64,000 nt of DNA from an uncultured Fibrobacteraceae bacterium (GCA_964607825.1 CAZSNA010000002.1:39770-103769); one strand, 5' to 3'; shown: positions 24,856 to 33,842, counted from the first letter of the stretch. Made by a program: numbers and translations. The notes: generated by a model from the sequence alone, not told the origin.

Positions 24856-27540
24856 TTACTTGATCAACGTCATCTTCTCCGCCTGCGTGAAGCCGGAGCC
24901 CGTCTTCAGGCGGTAGAAGTAGGTGCCGCTGTTCACCGGGCGTCCGCTCTCGTCGCGGCCGTCCCAGCTGTAGACGTTCAGGTACTCGCCGGCGGTCAGG
25001 TGGGCGTCGACCACCTTGCGCACGTGGCGGCCGCGGATGTCGAAGACGTCCAGGGCGACGTGGTCGTCGCGCTCCAGCATGAAGCTGAAGCTCGTCTTCG
25101 GGTTGAAGGGGTTGGGGTAGTTGGCGCCCAGCGCGGTGGCGAGCACGGGCGTGTCGCCGATGCCGGTGGCGTCGTAGTTGGCCGCGCCCGGGGTGCCCTG
25201 GTCGCCGTCGCCGAAGGTCGGGCCGCCGGCTCCCCAGTTGGAACCGACGTTGTTGTCGCCCGAGGTGAACTGCATCGACTGGCCGTTCGGATCCGGCCAC
25301 AGCGTGCCGCCGTCCCAGGCCACGTAGTCGATCTCGGCCATGGTGGCGTCGTAGAGGATCAGCTCGTCGGCGCCGTTGCTCAGGCCGATGCCGCTGTAGA
25401 CGTAGTCCGCCGTCACGCCCTGGGTGGCCATGGTGTCGGCGTTGACGCAGAACACCATGTACTCGCCCGGGTTGATGACCAGCGGGCCGCCGTTGGCGAT
25501 CAGGTGCGAGTCGAAGTCCGCGTCGGCGATGGTCCAGCCTTCCAGGTCCACGGCCTCGGTGTCGGCGTTGTAGAGCTCGAACCACTCGCCGCCCGAGTCG
25601 TAGACGACGTAGGGGTTCTGCATGATCTCGTTGATCACGATGGCGGGCAGCTCGGGCACGTCGATGACCGCGGTGGTGTTCGCGGCGATCGGGTTGCCGT
25701 GCTGGTCCTCCACGTTGTTGACGCGCACGGTGTGCTCGGGGACGCCCAGGGTCGAGGCCAGGGTCAGCACCACGTAGGTGGGGTCGCCCTGCACGACGGC
25801 CTCGGTCACGGCGATGGTGTTGGCCGGCGTGGCCGTCTCGTAGACCTCGTAGTTGAGCGCGTCGGCGCCGGTGATCGCGTCGATGGGCTCGTTGTAGAGC
25901 AGGGTGACCGAGGTCGTCGCGGTCAGCGTGGCGCTGGTCAGGGTCGGCGGATCGAGGTCGGGATCCTGGCCGTTGTTGGTGATGTCCGAGAGGAGGCCGA
26001 CGATGATCTGGCCCTGCCCGGAGTAGGTGCCGCCTGCGCCGGCGGCCACCAGCTCGTCGCCGATCAGCCAGGTCTCCAGGCCCGGGGCGACGTCGTCGTC
26101 GATGCGGATCACCACGTCGCCCGAGCCGTCGTTGATCGTGAAGTTGTGGGCCGGGTTGCCGCCGGCGGTGGTGGCGATGGCCGTGATCGGGCCGGTGGTG
26201 CCGGTGTAGGTGCCCTCGTTGTTGGGCAGGGCGGCGTTGGCGGTGGTCTTGATCGTCGGGCTCAGCGCCGGGTTGCCGGTGCTGACCAGCTCGACCTCGT
26301 AGCTCACCAGCTCCAGCGTCGTGAAGTAGTAGTCCACGCGGCCGGTCACCTTGACGATGTTCGAGGTGTCGTTCAGCAGCTCCATGCCGGTGCTGTAGTA
26401 GGTGCCGTAGATGTTCAGGCCCCGGCCGGAGGCGTCCTGCACGTAGGCGCTGACGGAGGTGCCGTCGGCCTGGTAGTTGCCGGGGATGAAGACCTGGCCC
26501 TGGATCATGATCGTGGTGCCGTCGAAGCCGGCCGAGTCGGCGTGCACGAAGGAGATGGGCGTGATGGTCTCGGGCGCCACGGCGTAGGTGTAGAAGCTCA
26601 GCGGAGCGTCCGACGGGTTGGTCGTGGTCTGGGTGTCGTCGTCGGTGGCCGAGACGTAGTAGTCGACCGTCGAGCCGTCGGGGGCGCCGGGAATGGTGCC
26701 CGTGTAGGTGTCGCCCGTGTCCAGGGCCATGGCCACGGTCGAGAAGCCGCCGCCGTCGACCTGGTAGTGGATGCTCGCCGACGTGACGATGCCGTCGTTG
26801 TCGGTGATGTCGGCGTAGACCGTGACGGTCTCGCCGGGGATGGGCAGCAGCGAGCGGTGATAGACGTTCGCGACCGCGGGCGGCACGGGCTGCACGCCGC
26901 CGTTGCTGGCGCCGGGGGTCGGGTCCTGCGCGTTGTACGCGGTGGTGACCAGGGCGCCGCCGCCGCCGTCGGGGATGCGCTGGTTGGAGTGGCCGGTCCC
27001 GTCGCCGTTCATGCGCTCGTCCACCTGGGGCTGGCCCGGCGTCAGGACGTCCAGCAGGCCGGTGTCGTCGGCGTCGCCGGTGTCGTAGACGATGGCGTCG
27101 ACCAGGTTGGTCGCGGTGACGGCCGTGCCGACGGGGAAGTCCGTGTCGTGGCCCGTGTACAGGGCGACGGCGTCGGCGCCGTTCTGGATCAGGTTCGTGT
27201 CGGGGGTCACGTCCCAGTCGCAGTTGGCGACGTTGGCCGCGTCGCCGCAGACCACGAAGAAGCCGTTCGCGTCACAGACGTAGCCGTCCAGGTCGAAGGC
27301 GGCGTACGACGTGTCGGAGCTGCCGTTGAAGAGGACCAGTACGAGACCGTCCAGCGACTCGCTGGGAGCACCGTAGAGCTCGATGAACTCCGCGCTGTCC
27401 GTGCTGACCTGGTCGGCGTCGACCTCGTTGATCAGTACGACGGCCTGGGCGCTCGCGGCGCCGAGGACGAGGGCGAGCAGCAGCGTCAACCAGACCTTGG
27501 CGGCGCTCCCGAATCGTGTCGATGTCTGCATGGTCATCAT
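24856..27540 (-). CDS. secreted lamin-tail-domain (LTD) / OB-fold protein with T9SS-type CTD (ExeM/NucH-like architecture, no nuclease domain seen)
   Basis: Signal peptide ...WLTLLLALVLGAASAQA. Two LTD modules (VVLINEVDADQV..AEFIELYG and IVINEIMQNP...GEWFELYNAD). OB-like segment (IMIQGQVFIPGN...VKVTGRVDYYFTTLELV). C-terminal NYPNPFNPKTSFSFML...GTYFYRL...MTLIK. Confidence 0.8.
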   Translation of the reverse strand: MMTMQTSTRFGSAAKVWLTLLLALVLGAASAQAVVLINEVDADQVSTDSAEFIELYGAPSESLDGLVLVLFNGSSDTSYAAFDLDGYVCDANGFFVVCGDAANVANCDWDVTPDTNLIQNGADAVALYTGHDTDFPVGTAVTATNLVDAIVYDTGDADDTGLLDVLTPGQPQVDERMNGDGTGHSNQRIPDGGGGALVTTAYNAQDPTPGASNGGVQPVPPAVANVYHRSLLPIPGETVTVYADITDNDGIVTSASIHYQVDGGGFSTVAMALDTGDTYTGTIPGAPDGSTVDYYVSATDDDTQTTTNPSDAPLSFYTYAVAPETITPISFVHADSAGFDGTTIMIQGQVFIPGNYQADGTSVSAYVQDASGRGLNIYGTYYSTGMELLNDTSNIVKVTGRVDYYFTTLELVSYEVELVSTGNPALSPTIKTTANAALPNNEGTYTGTTGPITAIATTAGGNPAHNFTINDGSGDVVIRIDDDVAPGLETWLIGDELVAAGAGGTYSGQGQIIVGLLSDITNNGQDPDLDPPTLTSATLTATTSVTLLYNEPIDAITGADALNYEVYETATPANTIAVTEAVVQGDPTYVVLTLASTLGVPEHTVRVNNVEDQHGNPIAANTTAVIDVPELPAIVINEIMQNPYVVYDSGGEWFELYNADTEAVDLEGWTIADADFDSHLIANGGPLVINPGEYMVFCVNADTMATQGVTADYVYSGIGLSNGADELILYDATMAEIDYVAWDGGTLWPDPNGQSMQFTSGDNNVGSNWGAGGPTFGDGDQGTPGAANYDATGIGDTPVLATALGANYPNPFNPKTSFSFMLERDDHVALDVFDIRGRHVRKVVDAHLTAGEYLNVYSWDGRDESGRPVNSGTYFYRLKTGSGFTQAEKMTLIK

Positions 27541-27702
27541 CTCCCGTGTTTCTCTGCCAGTTGCGACGCCCGGACGACTCGGGCGGCGGATTCAGGGGTG
27601 GCTCGGCATCGTATCACATCGCTGGAGAAATGACATGAAATTGCTGCGAAAAATGCGCCGTCGGCAGGAAACATCATGGGAGGTTGCGGCGGGGAGCGGG
27701 AG

Positions 27703-27733
27703 CCCTTAGAGTCGGGTGGTCCCATTAGAGTCA
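27703..27733 (+). promoter_or_regulatory. direct repeat CCC(A)TTAGAGTC x2 immediately upstream of the SLOG gene (candidate operator)
   Basis: CCCTTAGAGTC at 27703-27713 and CCCATTAGAGTC at 27721-27732. These are the only A/T-containing repeats in the short leader before the GGAG RBS and GTG at 27746. Confidence 0.3.
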
Positions 27734-27745
27734 TGGAGCCATATC

Positions 27746-28273
27746 GTGAATGATGACAAGCAGTTGAGCCTCGGCATCACGGGGCACCGGCACCTGGGGG
27801 ACCCCGAGGCGGTGGCCCAGGCCCTGGACCGGGCGGTCGCGACGCTGGCCGGACCGGCGCCCCCGCTCTACAGCGCACTCGCCGAGGGCTCCGATCGCCT
27901 GGCGGCCCGGTCGGTGCTGGCGGCCGGCGGCCGCCTTCACGTCGTGCTCCCCCTGGCCCCCGACGACTACCGGAACGACTTCGCCGACGACGCCTCGTGG
28001 GCCGAGTTCAACGCGCTGCTGTCGCGCGCCGAGACCGTCGAGACCGTGCCGCCCCAGCCGGACCGCGGCACGTCCTATCTCATTGCCGGTCGCCGTGTGG
28101 CGGACCTGTGTGATATCCTGATCGCCGTCTGGGACGGTCGTCCCGCACGTGGTCGCGGCGGCACCGCCGAGATCGTGGCCCATGTCCGGTCGGCGGCGCG
28201 CCCCCTGTATTGGATCGACAGCGAAGATCCCGCGCGCGTGGTGCGCGAACGCATGCCTGGAGATATCCGGTAG
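27746..28273 (+). CDS. SLOG-superfamily (Smf/DprA-LOG, YpsA/LSDAT-like) predicted nucleotide-ligand-binding protein
   Basis: GTG 27746 lies 7 nt after GGAG; an alternative GTG exists at 27716. Motifs: LGITGHRHL, SALAEGSDRLAARSVL, LHVVLPL, CDILIAVWDGRPARGRGGTAEIV. Confidence 0.7.
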   Translation: MNDDKQLSLGITGHRHLGDPEAVAQALDRAVATLAGPAPPLYSALAEGSDRLAARSVLAAGGRLHVVLPLAPDDYRNDFADDASWAEFNALLSRAETVETVPPQPDRGTSYLIAGRRVADLCDILIAVWDGRPARGRGGTAEIVAHVRSAARPLYWIDSEDPARVVRERMPGDIR

Positions 28274-29338
28274 GTGTCCATGTTCGAGCCTCGCCCCGTC
28301 AAGACCATCGCCGCCGACCAACGGGATGCGGAGGTGCGTCGACGCGCCGAGGGGTACATGAAACTGCTCGCGGCCTGCTGCGAGGAGCGGCCACTCCCGA
28401 AGCAGGTCTGCGCCCGTCTGGCCGAGCGGCTCGAAGCGACCGCCGCACATTTCCTGCCCCGCTACGTCGAGGTCAACCACGCCGCCATGAGCTTCCAGGC
28501 GCGCTATCGTCGCGCCTCGATCGCCGTCTTCGTGCTGGCCGCCGCGGCGCTGATCGTGGTGGCCGGCCAGCACGTGTTCCACGGTCCGCGCTGGCTGGTG
28601 GGCCTGGAGGTGGCCGCCATCGCGACGGTCCTGGCCATCTTCCACCTGGGCAACCGCTTCGGCTGGCACCGCAACTGGGTGGACTACCGTTTCCTCGCCG
28701 AGCGCCTGCGCACCGGCCTGTTCGTCGCCTTCCTCAGCGGCAAGACCAACGCCGACGACGAGCTGCACTGGTCCGACCGACTGATCGAGGAGTCCTGGTG
28801 CCTGGACGAGGTCGCAGACCTGTGGCGCGGCCGGCCCCGCTTCGCGACCCCGCCGCCGGAAGCGGTCCCGGTCCTGCAGGACTTCATGCGGCGCGCCTGG
28901 CTCGACATCCAGCGCGGTTTCCACGAACGCAAGGAGCGCGGCGCCCTGCACACCCACGAACGCATCTCCCTGGCGAGCGAGACGCTGTTCTGGCTGACCT
29001 TCATCGCGGCGATCCTGCACCTGTTGCCCCACGACTGGCTGCACGCCGCGCGTCTCGACGGCCTGTTGACCGAGCCGCGTCTCACCTTCGCCGTGATCGC
29101 CCTGCCCGCCTTGGGCACGGTCTTCTCCGGCCTGCGCGGGCATTTCGAGTTCAAGAAGCAGTCCGTCCGGGCGGGGGTCATGGTGCGGTATCTCGAGCAT
29201 CTGGATGGGAAGCTGAGCAACGTGCAGGATCTCGAGGATCTCCTGCGCGTGGTCTGGGAGACGGAGCTGCTGATGCTGCAGGAGAACGCCGGGTGGCATC
29301 TGAATACCATGTCGAAGCCGATCGAGGTGGAGGCCTGA
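28274..29338 (+). CDS. membrane protein with two tandem 2-TM SLATT-like modules (predicted pore-forming effector)
   Basis: GTG 28274 abuts the upstream TAG; an alternative ATG exists at 28280. First TM pair ASIAVFVLAAAALIVVAG / WLVGLEVAAIATVLAIFHL, then WHRNWVDYRFLAERLR. Second TM pair TLFWLTFIAAILHLL / LTFAVIALPALGTVFSGL, then an amphipathic helix. Confidence 0.65.
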   Translation: MSMFEPRPVKTIAADQRDAEVRRRAEGYMKLLAACCEERPLPKQVCARLAERLEATAAHFLPRYVEVNHAAMSFQARYRRASIAVFVLAAAALIVVAGQHVFHGPRWLVGLEVAAIATVLAIFHLGNRFGWHRNWVDYRFLAERLRTGLFVAFLSGKTNADDELHWSDRLIEESWCLDEVADLWRGRPRFATPPPEAVPVLQDFMRRAWLDIQRGFHERKERGALHTHERISLASETLFWLTFIAAILHLLPHDWLHAARLDGLLTEPRLTFAVIALPALGTVFSGLRGHFEFKKQSVRAGVMVRYLEHLDGKLSNVQDLEDLLRVVWETELLMLQENAGWHLNTMSKPIEVEA

Positions 29339-29361
29339 GGGAGAAAGCGAGAGGTTGATCC

Positions 29362-31929
29362 ATGCCTAAGCCGAGAATCCTGGTCGCGGGCGACATCGTC
29401 AAAGACAACCACATCTACGTCGGCGAGCGGTCGTATCCCTCCCTGGACGAGATGGGCACCTATCGTCGTCAGATCGACGGGGGGGCCAGGTTGCTCTGCA
29501 GCCTCGTCGAGAAGGTGTACAAGGAAGCGGCGGAGTCGGTCGAGCCCTACATGAGTTCAGGGCCTAACGACAGGGCCTACGCTGTGTGGAATGTCGTCAA
29601 GCAGGCCAAGCTCTCAGACAAGGAAGACAAGAACGAGACCTGGCGCGTCTCCCAGCTTCTCGGCTACAGCCCCAAGCCGGAATGGAGGAACAACGGTCTT
29701 CCCAAGGGTGAGTGTCCCGACTGCGATATCGCGGTTCTGGATGACGCCGGTCTGGGGTTCCGCTTCGCGAAGAGGACGTGGCCCAAGTTCATGCTTGATG
29801 ACGGCGAGCCCCATCACCCGGACTGGATCATCCTGAAGATGAGCCACCCCGTGCTCGAGGGGGATCTATGGTTCGAGCTCCGCAAGCGCTACGTCATGGA
29901 CAGGGCGGAGGGACACAAGATCGTCATCGTGGTGGGGGCGGAGGATCTTCGACGGAGCGGCGTCACCATCTCGAGCGGGCATTCGTGGGAACACAGCGTC
30001 CAGGACCTGCTCGACGGCTTCAAGGACAATCAGATCTTCGCCGGCGTTCGCGAGTGCGGCCACTTCCTCGTCACCTTCCAGAGCGAGGGCGCGCTCTGGA
30101 TCGACAACACGGGCGACGCTCCGAGGGCCAAGCTCGTCTTCGACCCGAAGCGGCTGGAGGGCGACTATGAGGACGAGTTCGAGGGCCAGATGGTCGGAGC
30201 CGGGTCCTGTTTCACGGCCGGCCTGGTCGGCGCCTTTCTCGAGTCGCCCGACTCCGCCGCCATGGAGCTGGGCATCAAGCGCGGACTCCATGCGGCCAGG
30301 GTCCTCTGGGAAAGAGGCCATGAACCCGTCAGCCGGAACAGGGCGCCCGGCTATCCCTTTTCCGCGGTGCGCAAGGCCCTGAGCAGCAAGCCCGACACGT
30401 ACACCTGCTCCGAGGTTCCGCACGCGGCTTTCCGCGAGGGAACACACGACTGGTCGTTCCTCGAAGACGGCGGGCACCATGGAACGCCCATGTACGGCCA
30501 GGCCCGGCGACTGGCCCTGAGCGGCTTCAAGGATCTGAAAGGCATCCCCTACGGGGAGTACGGCGCCCTCCTCACGGCGGACCGCGGCGAACTGGAGAGC
30601 TACAACTCGCTGCGCCGTCTCATCCTGTCGTACAGGGACGATACCGGGGCCAAGAAGCCGCTCTCTATAGGCGTGTTCGGTCCGCCGGGCGCAGGTAAAT
30701 CGTTCGGCGTGGAAGAGATCGCGAAGGGGACTCTCGGCCAGGACGTACCCCTGCTGGTCTTCAATCTCTCGCAGTTCGACATCAACACCCCGGACATGCT
30801 GCACGGAGCCCTGCACCAGGTTCGCGACGAGGCGATCAAGGGCAGCACTCCGGTCGTCTTCTGGGACGAATTCGATTGCCGAGGTCTGCAGTGGCTCCAG
30901 TACCTGCTGTCGCCCATGCAGGACGGTTCGTTCGTCGACGATCAGATCACACGTGTCCTGGGGAAGTGCCTGTTCGTGTTCGCCGGCGGCGTGATGAGCT
31001 CGCGCCAGGAGTTCGTGACGGCGGCGGAATGGGAGAAGAAGGGCATCGAGGAATTCGAACAGCTCAAGGGACCGGACTTCGCCAGCCGGCTGCACGGATA
31101 CCTCGACGTGCTCGGCCCCAATCGCCGGGAACCGCGGACGAAGGACGAATACGGTCGGGACCTGTTGGCCCGGCCCGACCTGAGCTTCCCGGTCAGGCGG
31201 GCGATTCTCATCCGGGGTCTGCTGAGAGTGGGTAAATCGGACGAACTGGACATCGACCCCGGACTCCTGAACGCCTTGCTCAAGGTGCGGTCCTACAAGC
31301 ACGGTACCCGATCCCTGCAGAACCTGCTGAAGATGCTGTCCAAGAACCCCGAGGGCCGGTACATGCCGTCGAGCCTGCCGCCGGCGGAGCAGCTCCGACT
31401 TTTCGTCGACGAGAAGGAGTTCATGGAGCATGTCGTCGAGTACGAGTCGTTCCAGACCTGTTGCCACGAGCTGGCGGTGTCCGTCCACGATCACTACTGG
31501 GACGACAAGATCAAGAGGGGGTGGGGCAAGGAAGAGGACCGGGAGCCGTTCGAGCAGCTGAGCGAATCCTTGAAGGCCGACAACGTCGCCGCCGCACTGC
31601 GGATCCCGGAGATCCTGGCTCTTGTGGGGCTTCGTCTCGTCAGGAAGGAGTCATCGTTCGAGGGAGACCCCAGGGAGATCAAGACCATACTCGAGAACAA
31701 CATCGAGCTGCTCGCGAGAGCCGAGCACATCCTCTGGCGACGATACCGAACCCTGAGCGGCTGGAAAGTGCACAAGAAGAGCAAGACGGACTACGTCTGG
31801 AAGCGGCACAAGGATCTGATCGATTTCGACGATCTCACTCCGGACAAGCAGGAGTACGATCGGGACAGCGTCCGGGCCTATCCGGCCAAGGCCGACAAGG
31901 CCGGGTTCAAGATCGTCAAGGAATCCTGA
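29362..31929 (+). CDS. PfkB/ribokinase-like - AAA+ ATPase - RyR-domain fusion protein
   Basis: ATG 29362 after GAGAGG. N-terminal ILVAGDIVKDNHIY...GGARL...VGAGSCFTAGLVGAFL (GAGD-type motif with D replaced by S). Walker A GPPGAGKS (30679-30702) and Walker B VVFWDEFD (30853-30876). C-terminal RyR-type repeats: HDHYWDDKIKRGWGK... and ILWRRYRTLSGWKVHKK..KRHKDLIDFDDLTPDKQEYDRDSV. Uses AGA/AGG/AAA/TTG codons that are rare elsewhere in the window. Confidence 0.8.
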   Translation: MPKPRILVAGDIVKDNHIYVGERSYPSLDEMGTYRRQIDGGARLLCSLVEKVYKEAAESVEPYMSSGPNDRAYAVWNVVKQAKLSDKEDKNETWRVSQLLGYSPKPEWRNNGLPKGECPDCDIAVLDDAGLGFRFAKRTWPKFMLDDGEPHHPDWIILKMSHPVLEGDLWFELRKRYVMDRAEGHKIVIVVGAEDLRRSGVTISSGHSWEHSVQDLLDGFKDNQIFAGVRECGHFLVTFQSEGALWIDNTGDAPRAKLVFDPKRLEGDYEDEFEGQMVGAGSCFTAGLVGAFLESPDSAAMELGIKRGLHAARVLWERGHEPVSRNRAPGYPFSAVRKALSSKPDTYTCSEVPHAAFREGTHDWSFLEDGGHHGTPMYGQARRLALSGFKDLKGIPYGEYGALLTADRGELESYNSLRRLILSYRDDTGAKKPLSIGVFGPPGAGKSFGVEEIAKGTLGQDVPLLVFNLSQFDINTPDMLHGALHQVRDEAIKGSTPVVFWDEFDCRGLQWLQYLLSPMQDGSFVDDQITRVLGKCLFVFAGGVMSSRQEFVTAAEWEKKGIEEFEQLKGPDFASRLHGYLDVLGPNRREPRTKDEYGRDLLARPDLSFPVRRAILIRGLLRVGKSDELDIDPGLLNALLKVRSYKHGTRSLQNLLKMLSKNPEGRYMPSSLPPAEQLRLFVDEKEFMEHVVEYESFQTCCHELAVSVHDHYWDDKIKRGWGKEEDREPFEQLSESLKADNVAAALRIPEILALVGLRLVRKESSFEGDPREIKTILENNIELLARAEHILWRRYRTLSGWKVHKKSKTDYVWKRHKDLIDFDDLTPDKQEYDRDSVRAYPAKADKAGFKIVKES

Positions 31930-31996
31930 GCGAGACGGGCATCGGTCGTACGCCTATTGTGAAGGCACTGGCATCGTCCCGTGCCGATCGCCCTCG

Positions 31997-32590
31997 CTAT
32001 CTCAGGATTCGCGCCATCTCCCTCTCCACTTCCCGCCCCCGATCCCGCCCATACCAAAGATGCAACCTCTCCAGCATCTCCGGCTTCTCCAACCCCTCCG
32101 CCTTCGCCTGCGCGACCACCGCCTGCGCCGCCGCCGGCCGCGGCCCCCAGCCCCATAATTCCTCGCCCTCGGCGTCGAACACCACCAGCCGCGGAACGGC
32201 GCGCCCGCCGTTCGTCAGGTAGCGGTCCATGATGTCGAGGTTCTCGTCGCGCGGCAGGATGCGCAGCTCGATCAGCGGATTGCGCGCGGCCATGGCCGCC
32301 AGGTAGGGCAGGCACTGGGCCGAGTCGCCGCACCAGGGCTCGGTGAGCACCATCCACAGGCGGGGTTCGGCGACGGCGTCGAGGCGGGCGGCGAGGTCGT
32401 CGGAGACCTCGTAGGTGCGGCCGATGCGACGGGAGCGATGCAGGTTGAGCTTCGTGTAGCCGACGCGCTCGGCGGCCTCGGGGTCGAGACCCTCGGTGGG
32501 GGCGTCCGCCTGCCGCTCCATCAGCTCGAGGTAGGCGTCGTAGTCGAGGCCCCCGTGGGGGCGGCGGTCGAGGAAGAACTGTGCGGGCAT
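31997..32590 (-). CDS. thioredoxin-like fold protein
   Basis: ATG 32590 after GGAGG. MVLTEPWCGDSAQCLP motif and the RAVPRLVVFD pattern of thioredoxin-family proteins. Confidence 0.7.
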   Translation of the reverse strand: MPAQFFLDRRPHGGLDYDAYLELMERQADAPTEGLDPEAAERVGYTKLNLHRSRRIGRTYEVSDDLAARLDAVAEPRLWMVLTEPWCGDSAQCLPYLAAMAARNPLIELRILPRDENLDIMDRYLTNGGRAVPRLVVFDAEGEELWGWGPRPAAAQAVVAQAKAEGLEKPEMLERLHLWYGRDRGREVEREMARILR

Positions 32591-32714
32591 GGCGCCTCCG
32601 GGCGAGTCTCGCGGGTCAAGTCGTTCGCGCGCGGGTCGATGATCAGGGGAGGGGTCGGCGCCGTCAAGATCGTCCCGGCTCCGGACCGTCACGAACGCCG
32701 TGAAGGGGTGTGCC

Positions 32715-33842
32715 ATGATCCGCCGTATGTTCCTCGTGCTCCTGCTGCTCGCCGGCTGCTCCGGCGACGATCCCGCCGAGCCGCCCGCGAACGACGAGCC
32801 CGGCTGTCCCGACGGCCCCATGCTCACCGTCAGCCCCATCGCCTTCGAGGATCTCGACAGCGTCTACCCCCTGGGCAACATCAATCCGCCCGGGCACATC
32901 TCGCCGACCGATCACATGGGCCTGACCATCCGCGTCGAGCCCGGCGCGGACGCGCCCGTGGAGACGGATCTGCTCTCGCCCGGCGACCTGGTGGTCACGC
33001 AGCTCAGCGCCCAGGAGTTCGTCAACGCGGGCTACGCCGACTTCGGCATCGGCCTGCAACCCTGCGAGGACATCTACGTGGGGTTCGGGCACGTCACCTC
33101 CCTGGATCCCGACCTCTTCGACTTCGCCGGCGACTTCGCCGACTGGACCCTGCTCAGCGAGGACGTCCAGCCGGACGAGACCTACCGCTACTACCGCTTC
33201 GACTGCGAGGTGCCGGTGGTCGCCGGCCAGCGCCTGGGCAGCGGCGGGGGCGTCGCCGACCAGTGGGGCGTGGACATCTCCGTCTACGACCTGACCCTCC
33301 CTCCCGCGACCATGGCCAGCGACCGCTGGGACGGCGAGTGGTACCTCAACTCGCGCTGCATCCTCGACTACTTCGTCGACGGGGCCGTCCACGACGCGCT
33401 CTACCAGCTCCTGGAGCTTCCGCAGGACGTGCTGGACGCGGGAGACGCCTGCGGCAACCTCTACGACGACGTGCCGGGCGCCCTGCGCGGCGTCTGGTTC
33501 CACGAGAGCACGACCCTGACCTGGCCCGACGAGAACAATCTCTCGTTCTCCGTGCGCAACACCGATCCGGGCCAGTACCTGATCGGCATGGGCGTCGCCG
33601 CGGCGACCGTTCCGGGCGCCGCGTATTTCATCGAGACCACGACGACCGGCAACGTGAACAGGGTCTTCGAAGAGGTGACCCCGGCCTCGGGGCTGCAGTA
33701 CTACGATCCCCTCTACCAGGGCGGCCTGCTGATCCTGGTGCAGATGGTCGCGCCGGACACGCTGTGGATCGAGGGCGTGGCCGGCGCGGAGCCCGGAGAC
33801 GGGGTCCAGTTCAGCGGGGCGAAGTCGGTGTTCGTGCGCTGA
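32715..33842 (+). CDS. hypothetical lipoprotein
   Basis: MIRRMFLVLLLLAGC|SG lipobox. No confident domain assignment. Confidence 0.65.
   Translation: MIRRMFLVLLLLAGCSGDDPAEPPANDEPGCPDGPMLTVSPIAFEDLDSVYPLGNINPPGHISPTDHMGLTIRVEPGADAPVETDLLSPGDLVVTQLSAQEFVNAGYADFGIGLQPCEDIYVGFGHVTSLDPDLFDFAGDFADWTLLSEDVQPDETYRYYRFDCEVPVVAGQRLGSGGGVADQWGVDISVYDLTLPPATMASDRWDGEWYLNSRCILDYFVDGAVHDALYQLLELPQDVLDAGDACGNLYDDVPGALRGVWFHESTTLTWPDENNLSFSVRNTDPGQYLIGMGVAAATVPGAAYFIETTTTGNVNRVFEEVTPASGLQYYDPLYQGGLLILVQMVAPDTLWIEGVAGAEPGDGVQFSGAKSVFVR

Noticed and set aside
24676-27633. 985-aa plus-strand ORF opposite the LTD gene.
   Set aside because: It is a Gly/Val/Asp/Arg-rich antisense shadow. The minus-strand frame has a signal peptide, LTD modules and a CTD.
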